Source: the human T2T-CHM13v2.0 reference genome, Homo sapiens
Assembly (NCBI RefSeq): GCF_009914755.1
Contig: NC_060940.1
DNA length: 64,000 nt
Direction: 5' to 3' (one strand)
Shown: positions 14,421-27,386 of the stretch, in pieces
Layout: each line of letters opens with the position of its first letter
Numbering within the stretch: the stretch's first letter is position 1
Notes under the pieces: generated by a model
Database searches by the model: none
What the model was told of the DNA's origin: nothing
What the model saw: only the letters and a program-made list of their open reading frames with translations
Position numbers and translations under genes: made by a program

Positions 14421-17400
14421 TGACTTTGGGGAAAGGACTGTGACTGCACTGTGTCTGTGCCCGAGTCTTCCTCCAAGTGGCCAACTCAATACCTGTCTTA
14501 GTATTTAACTTACCATCATATAACCCAGGGTAGAAAAGCATCTACCTGGCATCGACTACTTATTTTTCTCAGTTAAGGAATAACCTTTAAATTCCAACCT
14601 TTTTCTTTTGGCATCTAATCAAGTTTCCTAAAGAGCCAAGATGTTCTAGATCTGGAAAGCTGCTGGTAGGATCCTGTTCCGCCTTCAGTCCCCGTCTAGG
14701 CACTGGCCACAGCTCTCACTGCACTGAGGAGGGAAGAGGGGGCTGGCAGTCCTGCAGTGCTTGGGGTGGGAGGTGCTATAGGAAAAAATTCCAGACTCCT
14801 GATACTAATTTTTTGTAGTTGTGAAATAATTTTAGATGTACAGAAAAGTTGCAAAAAGAGTAAAGAATTCTTTTTATACCCTTTAGCCAGCTGCCCCTAA
14901 TGCTAACATTGTACATACCCATAGTTCAATTATTATTATTATTATTTTTTTTTGAGATAGAGTCTTGGCTCTGTTGCCCAGGCTGGAGTGTAGTGGCACA
15001 ACCTTGGCTCACTGCAATCTTCGCCTCCTGCACTCAAGAGATTGAGCCCACCTCAGCTTCCAGGGTAGCTGGGACTATAGGCACGTACCATTAAGCCCGG
15101 ATAATTTTTTTTTTTTTTGTATTTTCAGTAGAGATGGGGTTTTGTCGTGTTACCCAGGCTGGTTACAAACTCCTGGGCTCAAGTGATCCACCCACCTCAG
15201 CCTCCCAAAGTGCTGGGATTACAGGCGTGAGCCACCATGCCCGGCTCCATAGTTCAATGATCAAACCCAGAAGGTTAACTTCGATACACTACCATTAACT
15301 AAATGATTACCCTAATTTGAACATCACGAGTTTTTCCATTCCTGGCCTTTTGTTCCAGGATCTCACACTGCATTTAGCTAAACTGTCTTCTTTGTCTCCT
15401 CCAATCTGTTGCAGCCCCTCAATCTGTGTGTCTTTCATAAACTTGACACTTTTGAAGCGCTGGTCACTCTGCAGAATGTCTCCCCGTTTGGGTTGGTCTC
15501 ACGTTTTCTCACGAGTAGGGAGTTGCGCATCATTGGAGGGATGTCACGGAAGTGCTGCGCCTCAGTGCACCCTATCGGGGGAACGTGTTGTCTGTTAGCC
15601 TCATTACTGGTGACGTTAACCTCATCGCCTGACGCACAGTGTCTGCTGGGTTTCTCCCCTGTAAGGTTACTGTTTTTCTGTTTGTAATTAATAAATAACT
15701 TGGGGGAAGATACTTAAGATTGGAAAAATATTCTGTTTTCCCTCAAACATGTCCCCAGTGATTGACCGCAGCACTCAGGGCTGGAGCTTGCCTATAACAA
15801 ATATTACTGTGGAATTTGCCTGATGGTGATTTCTGTCTCCCCTTTTCCTCCATTATTGACTAAAATTTTCTTTTCTCTTTCTCCCCCTCTCCCCTCTCCC
15901 CTCCCTCCCTCCCTTCCTTCCTTGTTTTTTTTTTTGATACGGTTTGACTCTGTCACCCAGGATGAAGTGCAATGGCATGATCTTGGCGCTCACTGTAACC
16001 TCCGCCTCCCGGGTTCAAATGATTCTCATGCCTCAGCTTCCTGAGTAGCTGAGATTACAGTGGCGCGCCACCATGCCCGGCTAATTTTTTTTTTTGTATT
16101 ATTAGTAGAGATGGGGTTTCACCATGTTGGCCAGGCTGGTGTCAAACTCCTGACCTCAAGTGATTGATCCACCTCAGCCTCTGAAAGTGCTGGGATTACA
16201 GGCGTGAGCCACCATGCCCAGCGTATTGACTGAAGTTTTCTGTAAGGAAGAGCTGTCCCTTCTCCACCATTAATCAATTCAATTATTTATGTCATTATGG
16301 ACTCCTGGATATTGATATTATTCCGTGGGTTACAAATCAAAATGATCATTATTTATATTGTTGTTCAAATGATACCAGCCTTGGCCTCTTAAAAGTTTTA
16401 AATTATACAAATATATCCTCATTCTAAAATTTTCAAACACAAAGCAAAACCTCTTTCTCTCCTTAATCTTCAATCTTACTTTTCTCTACCTGCCCATCAC
16501 CGCTCCCCGGGGTAGGCAAGTCTCTTGTGCTGGCTTGTGCTGTCCTACTTCTTATTTTGTAAACATAAACGGGATCACAAAACTTATTTTCTGCAACTTG
16601 CATCTTTCACTCTGTCCTATGGCTTAGAGCAGTGCTATTCTAGGTGCGGGCCATAGACCTTTTCTCCTAGTAAAGGGGGCCTTTATTTCCATGTCTGTAC
16701 TGCTGCCTGCCCCCTGTAGACCCAGGACGCAGCTCAGAGGGGACAGGGGCAGCTGTGGCAGGGGGCTGGGCCCGCTCAGATGCTCGTCCTCCTAGTGCCA
16801 AGGCCCAGGCAGCCTGGTGTCTGTCTGATGGACCAGGGCCTGGGGAAAGGTGAGGAAAAGCTGGGGAAAGCTGGGCAGGATAGACTGGAACAGCAGCCAG
16901 GACTCCATGCCCCTGGAGGGCATCTTTTAGAAATACCCACATTTATAGATGAAATAATGTGGCATCAGAAATTGGCCTCAAATTAATTTAGATTGTCTCC
17001 AGATTTTCACTCTTACATCTCTCCTGTGCTTTCATGCAGGGTGGGACTGCTGAGGGGAAGGATTGGGCACTTCTTATTTTAATAGGTATTGTCCTTTAGG
17101 TTCTACCAATTTATGTGTATTTCCAAATTGGAAGAGCAGTTACCCCTTCTAAAGCCTTTCTTCACCTGTACAATGGGGGTAATGACAGTACCTATACCCT
17201 AAGCTTGCTATGACAATGAATGAGCTAACATTTGTTAGGTGTTTAAAATGACACCCACCATAAGAACTATTGTAGCATTTTTTGTTTGTTTTTTAGAAAT
17301 GGGGTCTCATTCTCTCCCCCAGGCTGTAGTGGCGTGATCATGGCTCACTGCAGCCTCGAGCTCCTGGGCTCAGGAGATCCTCCTGCCTCAGTCTCCCAAG

Positions 17401-18004
17401 TAGCTGTGACTAAAGGTGTGTGCCACCTCGCCCAGCTAATTTTTTAAAATTATTATTTTTGTAGAGACAGGGTCTCTCACTTTGTTGCCCAGGCTGGTCT
17501 CAAACTCCTGGCTTTAAGCAATCCTCCCGCCTCAGCCTCCCAAAGTATTGGGATTACAGGCATGAGCCACTGCACCTGGCCCATTTGTTACATAAAGGAT
17601 TAATGGCCCTGTCATGGACTTTCACATTTTTCTTCCATTTCTTTCTTCTGACTTAAAAGAGCTCTTTCTTGTGTTTGGATACTAACTCTTTAATGACAAA
17701 ATACATTGCAAATATCTTCTCCCAGTCTGGGCCTTGCCTTGTAACTTTTAACCTTTTTTCAGTTACACCAATTTTATTTTGTTTTGAGATGGGGTCTCGC
17801 TATATTGCCCAGGCTGGACTTAAATTCCTGGGCTCAAGGGATCCTTGTACCTCAGCAAACTGAGTAGCTGGGATTAAAGATACGCACCACCACACCACCT
17901 TCAGTTTTTAATTTAAATATGGTTTGTTTCAATTTTTTTTTTTTTTAATAATTTTTGCTTGTGGGTCTTGTTTAAAAAATTCTACCAGGTTTTTTTTTTT
18001 TTGA

Positions 18005-18417
<413 letters not shown>

Positions 18418-19382
18418 TAAACATGTATTAAAACAACACTGAAGCACCCGTTAGTGTTTGTCATGTGCTAAGCGATTTACATGCAAAAATTTTGTCTGAA
18501 ACACACAACCACACTATAGGTTAGGTATTACTATTGTTACCCTACTTAACAAATAAGAAATCTGAGGCTCAGAAAGGGTAGGCAGCTGTCTGAGGGGAAC
18601 AGATATAAAGTCAGCAGAGCCAGGACTCATAGGCAGGTTGTTCAGACCCCAGAATCTCTGCTGCCATTCCTGAGACAATCAGGTCACGTCCTGGAGGGGA
18701 CCAGGCTGGACACGCAAAGTGCCATAAGAGCTCAGAACCAGGGAAACGGCACTGTGCTGTGGATGGCCCCAAGTGGCAGGCCAAGGGGGAGTCGGAGCAA
18801 GTGAAGAGGCACAGATGAGGGGCTGCCCTGACTGGAGGTCCTGTGGTTAGAGGAGGAGGGAGAAGATGCGGAGGTGGGGCAGGGGTGCAAATATGCACAC
18901 ACACAAAGGTTCTTGCCCGGAGGTGTGCCATGAGGAACGTGGTGCTGTCGGCGGATCAGCACAAGTAAACAAAGAAGGCCAGGCATGAGGTCCTGTCTCC
19001 AGCCAGGTGGACCAGAGTGGGAACAGAGGGAGCAGAGAGGGAAGAGTGAGCAGGAGAGGCTGTGATGAACTTGTCCCTGACCAGCGAAGCTATCTGTCCT
19101 GCGGCTGGCAGGGACTGTCTCCTGGGCACCTTGGTAAAAGACTGGTGATTAGTTAGTTACAAGCTAAGCAGGGCTGAGAGTGGATGTAAAGGCGCCAAAT
19201 TAGCTCTTACCATCTCTGGGAACTAGTACAAAGTGAGCTTTTCATCTGCTGAAATGCTGTTTATGAGGCAGTAAAATCCAGAGCCAAGAGGCATGAATGT
19301 ATCCTGGTTAGGGTAATACTCTCCTGGGCAAGCAGCTGTGTGAAAAAATGCTTAGGAAAACCATCTAAAAAGGTAGATAGGC

Positions 19383-19453
19383 TGCACTGGCCGGGAATCA
19401 AACCCGGGCCTCCCGCGTGGCAGGCGAGAATTCTACCACTGAACCACCAATGC
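19383..19453 (-). tRNA. TRG-GCC3-1: tRNA-Gly(GCC), variant copy (T-loop C56U, U4-G69 wobble), in VAC14 intron 9
   Basis: 71-nt GCATTGGTGGTTCAGTGG...GGGTTTGATTCCCGGCCAGTGCA; T5 terminator at 19371-19367; symbol from memory. Confidence 0.92.
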
Positions 19454-19593
19454 TCCAGCTGGTAGGGATGTTTTTAGTTGAGGCCACGACCCACAGGATG
19501 GAGTGGTTCCTTTCTAGCGGGCTTGACTTCTTGCCACATAAGCAGAAAGGTGGCAGGGGCTGTTGGGTTCTAATTTAGAGGAATAGGCACTGA

Positions 19594-19840
19594 CTTTTTT
19601 TTTTTTAAATTGAGATATAATTCATATAACATTTCACATAACAAAAATTTCACCATTTTCAAAGTGTTCAACTAGGTAGTTTTTAGTACATTCACAAAGT
19701 TGTGCACCCATCACCTCTATTTAATTCTAGAACATCTCCATAACCCCAAAAAGAAACCGGGCATCTGTAAGCAGTCAGTCCCAATTCTCCTTTTCTTCAA
19801 ACCCAGGCAACTGTTACTCTATTTTCTGACTATGGATTAA
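19594..19840 (-). mobile_element. L1M 3'-end fragment between the intron-9 tRNA genes
   Basis: tttaaattgagatataattcatataacat...cacaaagttgtgcacccatcacc, typical of an antisense L1MB 3' UTR. Confidence 0.75.
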
Positions 19841-20210
19841 GAGGCACTGTGAACTTCAAACAAACAGAGCAGAAGGTGAAGCTGTGTTAAGTTCTATGAT
19901 CTTAACTACGTATATATATTAAAAACTGGAAAAAATACATCAAAATTTGAACATTCATTGCCTCTTGGGGATAGTCTTGTTTCTTTGCATTTTTCTCTAC
20001 TTTCCAAATTTTCTAAAATTAGAATTAGAAAACAAAAATCAAACACTCATATTTCAGTGAGAGGTCACAAAATATGTATCCCCGAGTCTTCTAGTTTCTC
20101 CCAGTAAAAAAAGCTCCTCCCTTTGAAGGCCCGCACTAGCTTATCCCTCCAAGTTAACTTATTTCTCCAAGTTTTCTTTTTCCAGGAGCTGCCAAAAAGC
20201 TTTCAGCTGC

Positions 20211-20281
20211 TGCATTGGCCGGGAATCGAACCCGGGCCTCCCGCGTGGCAGGCGAGAATTCTACCACTGAACCACCAATGC
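20211..20281 (-). tRNA. TRG-GCC2-4: tRNA-Gly(GCC), canonical copy, in VAC14 intron 9
   Basis: Canonical GCATTGG...CCAATGCA with intact A and B boxes; T5 terminator at 20198-20194; symbol from memory. Confidence 0.96.
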
Positions 20282-21961
20282 TCCAGCTGAGTGCTGTTCT
20301 GCCTCCAGCTGTTTTGTTGCTCTGATTCACAGTGGTGATGGCACAGCTGTAACCTGACACCTGAGATGGGTCCAGCATGGACAGCTGCTGGATTTTACCA
20401 GCCAAACCTATGGGAGGAGGTGGGGCATGCATGCTTGACATTCTGCTCAGCTGTTCAAAAGAAAAGTCCATGAATGGCAATGGGAGAATGCTCAGCAATT
20501 CTTTTGGCTCCTGTGGGCAGGTTCCAGACCTTACTCTGTTATCCTTAAAGATCTGAGTAGGCTTAGTCTTCCCTATAAAAAATTTCTTGACAAATTAGCT
20601 GAAACTGTCATTCACTTGTTTCTCTTGTTTTATGGCCTTGTGGGTTATTCTACTGAATGCTGTGATTTCTTTTACCACTGGTTGATTTGTCTTGTTTTGC
20701 TGTCTTGCCTCCTTGACTAGACTGTAAGCCTCTGGAGCACAAGGACTTTGTCTGGTAAACACAGCTTGATGTATAACAGATGTTTGCTAAATGTTAGATT
20801 TGTAATAAATGGAATTTAACTAGAAAAAAAAATCTGAGTAGGTTATATCTCAGTTTACTCTGGCTGCTTCGGCAAAGGAGGACATCAACCCAAAGCTGAT
20901 CAGTGACCTCTTGGTGAGGACAGAGACCCAAGAAATATGAAAGCATCAGGGTTCTAGATTACATCTGGAGTCAAATTCCAGATGCCAGTCGGCATAAATG
21001 TGGTTTCTTTTTTCTTTTTTTTTTGAGATAGGGTCTTTCTCTGTTGCCTAGGTTGGAATACAGTGGTGTGATCATAGCTCACTGCAACTTCTGCCTCCTG
21101 GGCTCCTGGGCTCAAGTGATCCTCCCGCTTCAGCTTCCTGAGGAGCTGGGACTATAGGTGTGCACCACCATATCTGGCTAATTTTTGTAATTTTTTTTTT
21201 TTTTTTTTTTTGGTAGAGATGGGGTTTTGCCATGTTGCCCAGGCTGGTCTCAAACTCCTGAGTTCATGCAGATTGCCTCAGACTCCCAAAGTGCTGGGAT
21301 TACCCAGCCCGGCCATAAATGTGGTTTCTTATAATGCAGTTTTCTTTACCTTACAGCTAAACAAGAAAATTATGTTAGAGGAGTCTGAAAGGAGAGCAGA
21401 GCAACTTCACTTTTTAAAGGCACTTATTTGGGCAAGAGAATTTTCAAGTACAGAATAAATCGAAGCTAGAGCTTTCTTAACCCTCCCACCCTGAGAATGA
21501 CCCGCATGGTAAAGGCAGCCAGGCTTCTTGGTGGCTGGACGTCTACGGCCAAGAATCAAGTGCCCCCTGAATCCTGGTACTCCTCCCATGCTCCAAACCT
21601 TCCTGCCCTGAAAACAACTCTTTCCCGTGAATCCAGGAAAAAGATGAAGGAAAGGCTTCATGGTCTTTGAGGCAGGAAGGGTTAAGATCATGGCTGCTGG
21701 AGACAGCCTGCCTGGGTTCCAATCCGGTTCCAGTCTTCACTAGCTGCGAGTGTGTGGCCATGGTACTCAGCTTCCCTGTGTCCTGTCTGCAGAATGGGGG
21801 AGAACCACTGCTGCCACTGCGCTGGGTTGCTGCTACAATTGTGTGAGTGACATACATAAAGTAGTCCTGGTTGCTTAAGTGAGGCCCCAAGGCAACTCCT
21901 ATGACATCTGGCTCCCTGGGCCCCCGACAGGAGGTGAGGTGTAGGGACGGAGTCCACTCAC

Positions 21962-22111
21962 CACTGGCTGTGCCCTCCTGCTTTGGCAGGGCATCGTCAG
22001 GGGTGGGCTCTGCCTGCCTCTGCCCAGGTCTCAGCTCATCCAGCTCGTCGTCCTCGGGGGTGACCAGCTTCATCAGGCTCTGGTTGCACACGTTGGCCAC
22101 TTCTTTGATGC
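21962..22111 (-). CDS. VAC14: VAC14 exon 9 ([49 protein letters not shown])
   Basis: actcag|GC ... G|GTGAGT; 150 nt (cumulative 1096). Confidence 0.95.
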
Positions 22112-23040
22112 CTGAGTCCACTGATGTAAGGAGCGTGATCTGATTTGGATGCCTGTCTCTCTAAATCTCTTGCTGAAATGTGATTCCCAGTGTTGGAGGT
22201 GGGGCCTGGTGGGAGGGGTTTCGGTCATGGGGGTGGATCCCTCACAAATGGCTTGGTGCCCTCCCCATGGTACTGAGCGAGTTGAGTGAGTTCTTGCTCT
22301 ATTATTATTCATGAGGGGGCTCGTTCTTTCAAAAAGCCTCCCACCTCTCTTGCTCCCTCTCTTGCCATGTGACCTGCTGGCTTCCTCTTTGCCTCTGCCA
22401 TGACTAAAAGCTTCCTGAGGCCTCACCAGAAGCCAAGCAGATGCTGGCACCATGCCTCCTGTAGAGTCTGCAGAACTGGGAGCTGAAGCAACCTCTTTTC
22501 TTTATAAATTACCCAGCCTCAGGTATTCCTTTATAGCAACGCAAAATGGGTTAATATAGAGTGGTCCCAGCCAGGGGAGGCTTCTCTGAACCTCGTATTC
22601 CTAGTCTGGAGCTCAGTCGTCTCAGGGCTACGTTAGGCAGACAGGCTGTCCGAACTGAGCCCCTGCTCTCCTTGTCATACTGGTGCCCCTGTGAAATGCG
22701 CCTATTTCTTCTCTTAGGACCCCTTCCTAAACCCTCCCACCAACAGGATCTCCCCAGCCCAAGGTGGGGCAGTATGAACTCAGAGGGTTGGAACTTTGGG
22801 GCCCCAGAGAGCTGCTCCAGATCTGCAAGTAACCAGGCAAGGTGTGGGGACAGCCAGCATCAGCCCCGGGTCCCTGGCTTTCCTAATCCACGTTTGGCTC
22901 CATCTCTTTTTCCCGAGCTGCTAGGGACTATGGAAGTGTGATGGATCCTAAGAGAGCCCCCAGCCCCCAGTGCAGGGTCCCTCAACTTCATAATCCCTTT
23001 GGGGCTTCTCTCAATTATTCTCTCCCAAAGCAAAGGATAC
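22112..23040 (-). other. VAC14: VAC14 intron 8: GT-AG U12-type (minor spliceosome) intron, 929 nt
   Basis: 5' splice site GTATCCTTT matches the U12 consensus; TCCTTAC branch-point-like motif at 22132-22126 with the A about 16 nt from the 3' splice site; no polypyrimidine tract (catcagtggactcag|G). Confidence 0.9.
22136..22558 (+). mobile_element. MaLR solo LTR (MST-like) inside U12 intron 8
   Basis: Starts tgatctgatttgg, ends ataaattacccagcctcaggtattcctttatagcaacgcaaaatgggttaatata; 5-bp target-site duplication GAGCG / GAGTG. Confidence 0.88.
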
Positions 23041-23175
23041 TTTTCTTGCGGTCATCGTAGGCCAAGCAGGGCAAGACAGCAGTCAGGATCCCGGAGGAGT
23101 AAGGCAGCATGACGCGGCCCGCCAGCTGGATGAACTCCCGCATCCAGCACATGGCTGTCAGCTGGATGAGGTCAT
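23041..23175 (-). CDS. VAC14: VAC14 exon 8 ([45 protein letters not shown])
   Basis: ttccag|AT ... A|GTATCCTTT (U12-type donor); 135 nt (cumulative 946). Confidence 0.96.
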
Positions 23176-24204
23176 CTGGAAGGGGAATCAGGGGGTTCAG
23201 AGGGGCCAGCACACGCAGCCCGAGTGCTCCCTCCCATTGACCATACACGTGGGATGGGGCTGGCGGCCTGTGGAACCCAAGCGCCTGACGGCTTCCAGCC
23301 TCACCAATGCTCTACTACCTGTGTGCTTTGCCTTCCAAAGGTGGAGACACAGGCTGGGACGGAGCAACAATCCTGTGCTAGACTGTAAGGGCAGCCGCAT
23401 CCCTGCCCCTCTGCACTGGGACTCTGCTCCTCCTCTCATCAAGAGTGGAATTAACTTCTCCACCCCTTGAATCTGGGCTGGCCTTGCTTCTTTGGCCAAT
23501 GAGACGTGGTGGAAGTGATGATGTGGCTGGATCAAGCCTAGGCCTCAACAGGCCTTGCTCACTTCTACTGTCTGTCTTGGAATCCCACTGATGCCATATG
23601 AGCATGCCCAGGCTAGCCTGCTGGACGATGAGACATGTGGTCCAGCTGCCCCCATGGTCCCGGCATGACATGAGCCAGACAACTGCCAGACATAAGTGAG
23701 GCCACTGTGGCCCATCCACCCCAGCAACCCTACAGTTAACAGCAGGTACTTGATTGAGCCTAGCCAATCCTGGCCCAGGTGAGTGGAACCACCCAGGTGA
23801 CCCACAGACTTATGATAAGTGACTGCTGTTTTAGGGAATGACGTTTTGTGGTGGTTTGATACTCAGCAGAAGTGAACAGATACATAATCCCAAGCTCCAA
23901 GCATTTCAAGTCTCAGGGCTAAGGCCAAGTTCACCAGTAAGGAAACCTCCAGATCTTACTCCACACAGGCCACACACACCAGGTGAAAGGACCTCTGTGT
24001 CTCTGTGGTGACAGAACCCAGACCTCCCTCTGTGAGACCCAGCACTCCACCTCTCCCAGGGCCCACTGTCACACTGGCTAATATTCCTACCAGGAATCTC
24101 CCCTGCCCCCTCACTGAAGCTGAGATGGTGAAAGGGGCTTCTGCAGAGGTGGCAGTGGCAGTAGCAGTGGCAGCCGTGGCTGTGGGCCCTCCCCCAATAC
24201 TCAC

Positions 24205-24311
24205 CTGTTGTCTGGCAGTGGATCACCAGGATGTTGGCCATCTCAGCAAACTTCACACTGGAGGGGTTCTTCTTAATTTCTTTTAAGAATTCTCCAAGAA
24301 CAACCTCACAC
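24205..24311 (-). CDS. VAC14: VAC14 exon 7 ([35 protein letters not shown])
   Basis: ttcatag|G ... CAG|GTGAGT; 107 nt (cumulative 811). Confidence 0.96.
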
Positions 24312-24616
24312 CTATGAACAAGAACAGGAAAGTGGAAACAGCGAGGGTCAGCCAGGGCTGGAGGAGCCTCAAACCAGCCCCATTTCCGTGCTGGGTCAGC
24401 CACCCAGAGGGCGGCTTGGCTTTTGGACTTGTCAGGTGATCATTTTCAGATGCTGGGGGTTGATGGGCTCTTGGCTCCTCAAAGCGGGAAGCACAAGAGC
24501 CAGGAAGAAGAGGTGATTTCCTGCCCTCCTGCCGCGGCCTCTCTGTGGGCATGAAGCACATGGGCACAGCTGGGGGTGGCAGGAGGCAGCAGCTTCCTGC
24601 CCCTTACTCCACTCAC

Positions 24617-24726
24617 ATTTTGCGAATCTCTTTGCCATTGTCACCCAGGATCTGGAAGAGTCCATCCAGGATCTCCGGCAGGTAATCCAGCAGGTTAATG
24701 TCTGGCACCGACTCCAGAACCAGGAT
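24617..24726 (-). CDS. VAC14: VAC14 exon 6 ([36 protein letters not shown]..)
   Basis: ggtcag|ATC ... AT|GTGAGT; 110 nt (cumulative 704). Confidence 0.95.
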
Positions 24727-25284
24727 CTGACCAGGGGAAGGGAACAGGAGGGGAAGTCAGCTCCAGAACCCTGTTTCCTGCTCACCAAGCCTCTGGGACT
24801 GGGCTGTAGGAAGGGGACCCTGCTGAGACAGCATTTCCCTGCAGTGCAGGTGTCCCATGTGGGAGGAGGGTGCTGGCAAGGACAGTCAGCATTTCTTGTT
24901 TAATGTGCAGGGGAATGGCAATTTGACTCTAAGGAAATTCGGATGCCCAGGGGAGAAGGGGATGGATGGGGAAGGACAGAAAAGGCTAGAAAAAGTGAGA
25001 TTGCTGGAAGTAGCACTGCTGGCTTTAAAGGAAACTCAGGTGTTTTCTGGGACAAGGAAAGAACTGGACTCCCTTCCAGGGCAACAAGAACCTGATCCCT
25101 TCAGGGCCAACATGGTGGGTTTCGGGGGCAAAGCTGAATAAGGTGTTTTTGAATTATCAGGTGTTAATGGCTATTCAAGGGAGAACATGGAGGGTTCCTA
25201 TAGCCAAAGGGCCTGACAAGAGTGTGCTAGAGAGCAGATTTTCCAAACTGGAGGCTGGAGAAACGGTGTCCGGCCAGGCCTTAC

Positions 25285-25392
25285 CCAGGAGATGATGAAC
25301 TGCCGGGCATACTGGTTGTTGGAGTAAATCCTCTCTCGCAACAAGGGGATGAAGCTCACCAGGTCAAACTTGTTGCTCTCAGTCACAATGTC
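25285..25392 (-). CDS. VAC14: VAC14 exon 5 ([36 protein letters not shown])
   Basis: ccacag|GAC ... TGG|GTAAGG; 108 nt (cumulative 594). Confidence 0.96.
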
Positions 25393-25947
25393 CTGTGGAT
25401 CAGAGGAAAGTGAGCTGCCGAGAGCCCGAGACCAGGGCTGCCTGACCTCGCTGAATCACTTGCCCAGGGCTGGCTCCAGCGCTCAGGCGGCCACCAAGGA
25501 AAATGGCAGATCCTGAGCTAGGCATAAGAGGTCTCTGGAGTATTCATCCTGTCCCAGTCCACGGGATACGAAAAACGGGTAGATTGAAAGCAGGAAGCAA
25601 AGTCGAGAGAACCAACTGAATGGCAAGACCCTACTCTCTGTGGTCTGGATGGAATGCCCAGGCCCCTGCTGTCAGGGCCAGAGAGGTGTGGAAAGTGACA
25701 GGCAAGCTTCTTTGCTCTAGGTGGCGGCAACAAAAGGGGACATTTTGGGTGATGGCACAGTTCTGTATTTGATAGTGGTGATTGAGCTCGATATTCTTGT
25801 CATAGAACTGCACACCAGGGAGTACATGTAAATTTAAAATATATTTTAAATTCAAGAAGAACATTCCCAATGACAGAATTTCTAAGCTTTACAGACAGAC
25901 GGGAGAAACAGATTGTAGAAATAAAAGTGGGGACAAAGTACAAATAC

Positions 25948-26010
25948 CTTTAAAAGGCGGTCTAGGAGCTCAGATCCGCTTTTCACATTGGGGTCTGGGT
26001 CGGCTGCCAG
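25948..26010 (-). CDS. VAC14: VAC14 exon 4 ([21 protein letters not shown])
   Basis: ttgcag|CTG ... AAG|GTATTT; 63 nt (cumulative 486). Confidence 0.96.
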
Positions 26011-26873
26011 CTGCAAGAGGCACAGACGGGGGAGGGACACAGAGGCGAGGGTCACGGTTGGATGCAAGACCAGGGATTTCCTGCAAATCCGCAGCCGAGG
26101 CCTTGGTGCAGCCCAGAACATCTAGCAAGAACATCACCCTTTCGGTGAACACATTTGAGAAAGGCTGGGAAAGTGGGAGTGGGTACAATGGAGTTGGCTG
26201 AGGAGCAGATTCAGGAAATACCCTTCTGTTCAGGGACTTCTCCCATGACCCGCTGGGGTTCCTGTTCCCTGTTGTGACTGGGTCACGGGGTTGCTTCCCG
26301 TCAGCCTTCCCCAGGGGTTTCCAATCTTAAAGCGCTGGGTCCTTGTTCCACTCCTGGAGGAGGGGACAGGGTAGCTGCGAGGCTGATACTCTAGAAACTT
26401 CCGTGGCATTCTGCAGGGGCAGCAGCATTGCAGGGCTGCTCCGCGCCTGGGAAGGGAACTCCACCAGGCTGCAAGAGGCACGGAGGAGAGCATGAGCTTT
26501 TTCTAGGGCACTTATGAGCTAGACTAAGTGCAGCCCTCCCTAAAGGGAAAGTACGGTCTGGATGATGGCGTCAGCATCATCCCCTTCTACCAGGGAGGCG
26601 AGTGTTTCACAGACTATCAGCTTCTTCCCTCTACTGTATGGCAGACTGATACTTATATCAAATGCAATCAAAATGAATTAAAAGAGAAATGAAAAAAGGT
26701 ATAAATGCAAGTCCATTAAAAATGATTAGATTCAACAGACAGTAAGTGTCCCTTGCAGCCACATGCTTGTTTGCTCTGCTTGCATCTGGGAAAAGGGGTC
26801 CAAGGTTCCAGAAGGTCAAGTGAGGTGGGGGAACCAAGCGCAGCTCAGTGAGGAGGAGGAGGAGGGCGGTTAC

Positions 26874-27041
26874 CTTGCTCAGCCCGTCAAAGAGCACGTT
26901 GAAGTGGGGCAGCACAGCGCCCCGGGCCACCTTGACGATGTTGTAGAGGGCCTCGCAGGCATAGTAGCGCAGCCTGCTGTCTGCATCATTGAAGCAGGTC
27001 AGCACTGGCTCGATCAGCTCCTTCAGGTAGAGCCCTGAGTC
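26874..27041 (-). CDS. VAC14: VAC14 exon 3 ([56 protein letters not shown]), HEAT repeat / Fab1-binding region
   Basis: ttgcag|GAC ... AAG|GTAACC; 168 nt (cumulative 423); within ORF 26658..27119. Confidence 0.97.
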
Positions 27042-27386
27042 CTGCAAGGAGGCAGGAGGAGAAGACAGATCAGAATGGGTTGGAGCCCAGGCCCTGCAGC
27101 CTGCAGTGCCAGCTGACATCCCAGCTCCCTTGAAGGTGCTCAGGCCTTTGTGTGAGGGCTGGGCTCAAAGACCCTTCCCAAGCCTCATTCCCAGGAGAGG
27201 GCCCATGCCTAGGGGACCAGGCTGCAAGGCCGCAAAGCCAGCCTTGCTGGTCTCAGGTGCGGACAGAGTGGTAATAAAACATAGGTCTGCAATGCCCTAC
27301 TGGGTCTTGACAGGGAAGGCATCGGGATGGCTTGGTCAGCGTCAAGGCCAGGACTGGTATGTCTGTCCCTTGGGTGAAAGGCCCAC

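Noticed and set aside
20154-20498. ORFs overlapping tRNA genes (also 29732-30142)
   Set aside because: Incidental reading frames through tRNA sequence
24149-24186. Degenerate (GTGGCA)n hexamer run after the exon 7 donor
   Set aside because: Short low-complexity repeat with no evidence of function
25940-25947. Exon 4 donor GTATTT as a second U12 intron
   Set aside because: Lacks the GTATCCTT consensus; no U12 branch motif seen before exon 5
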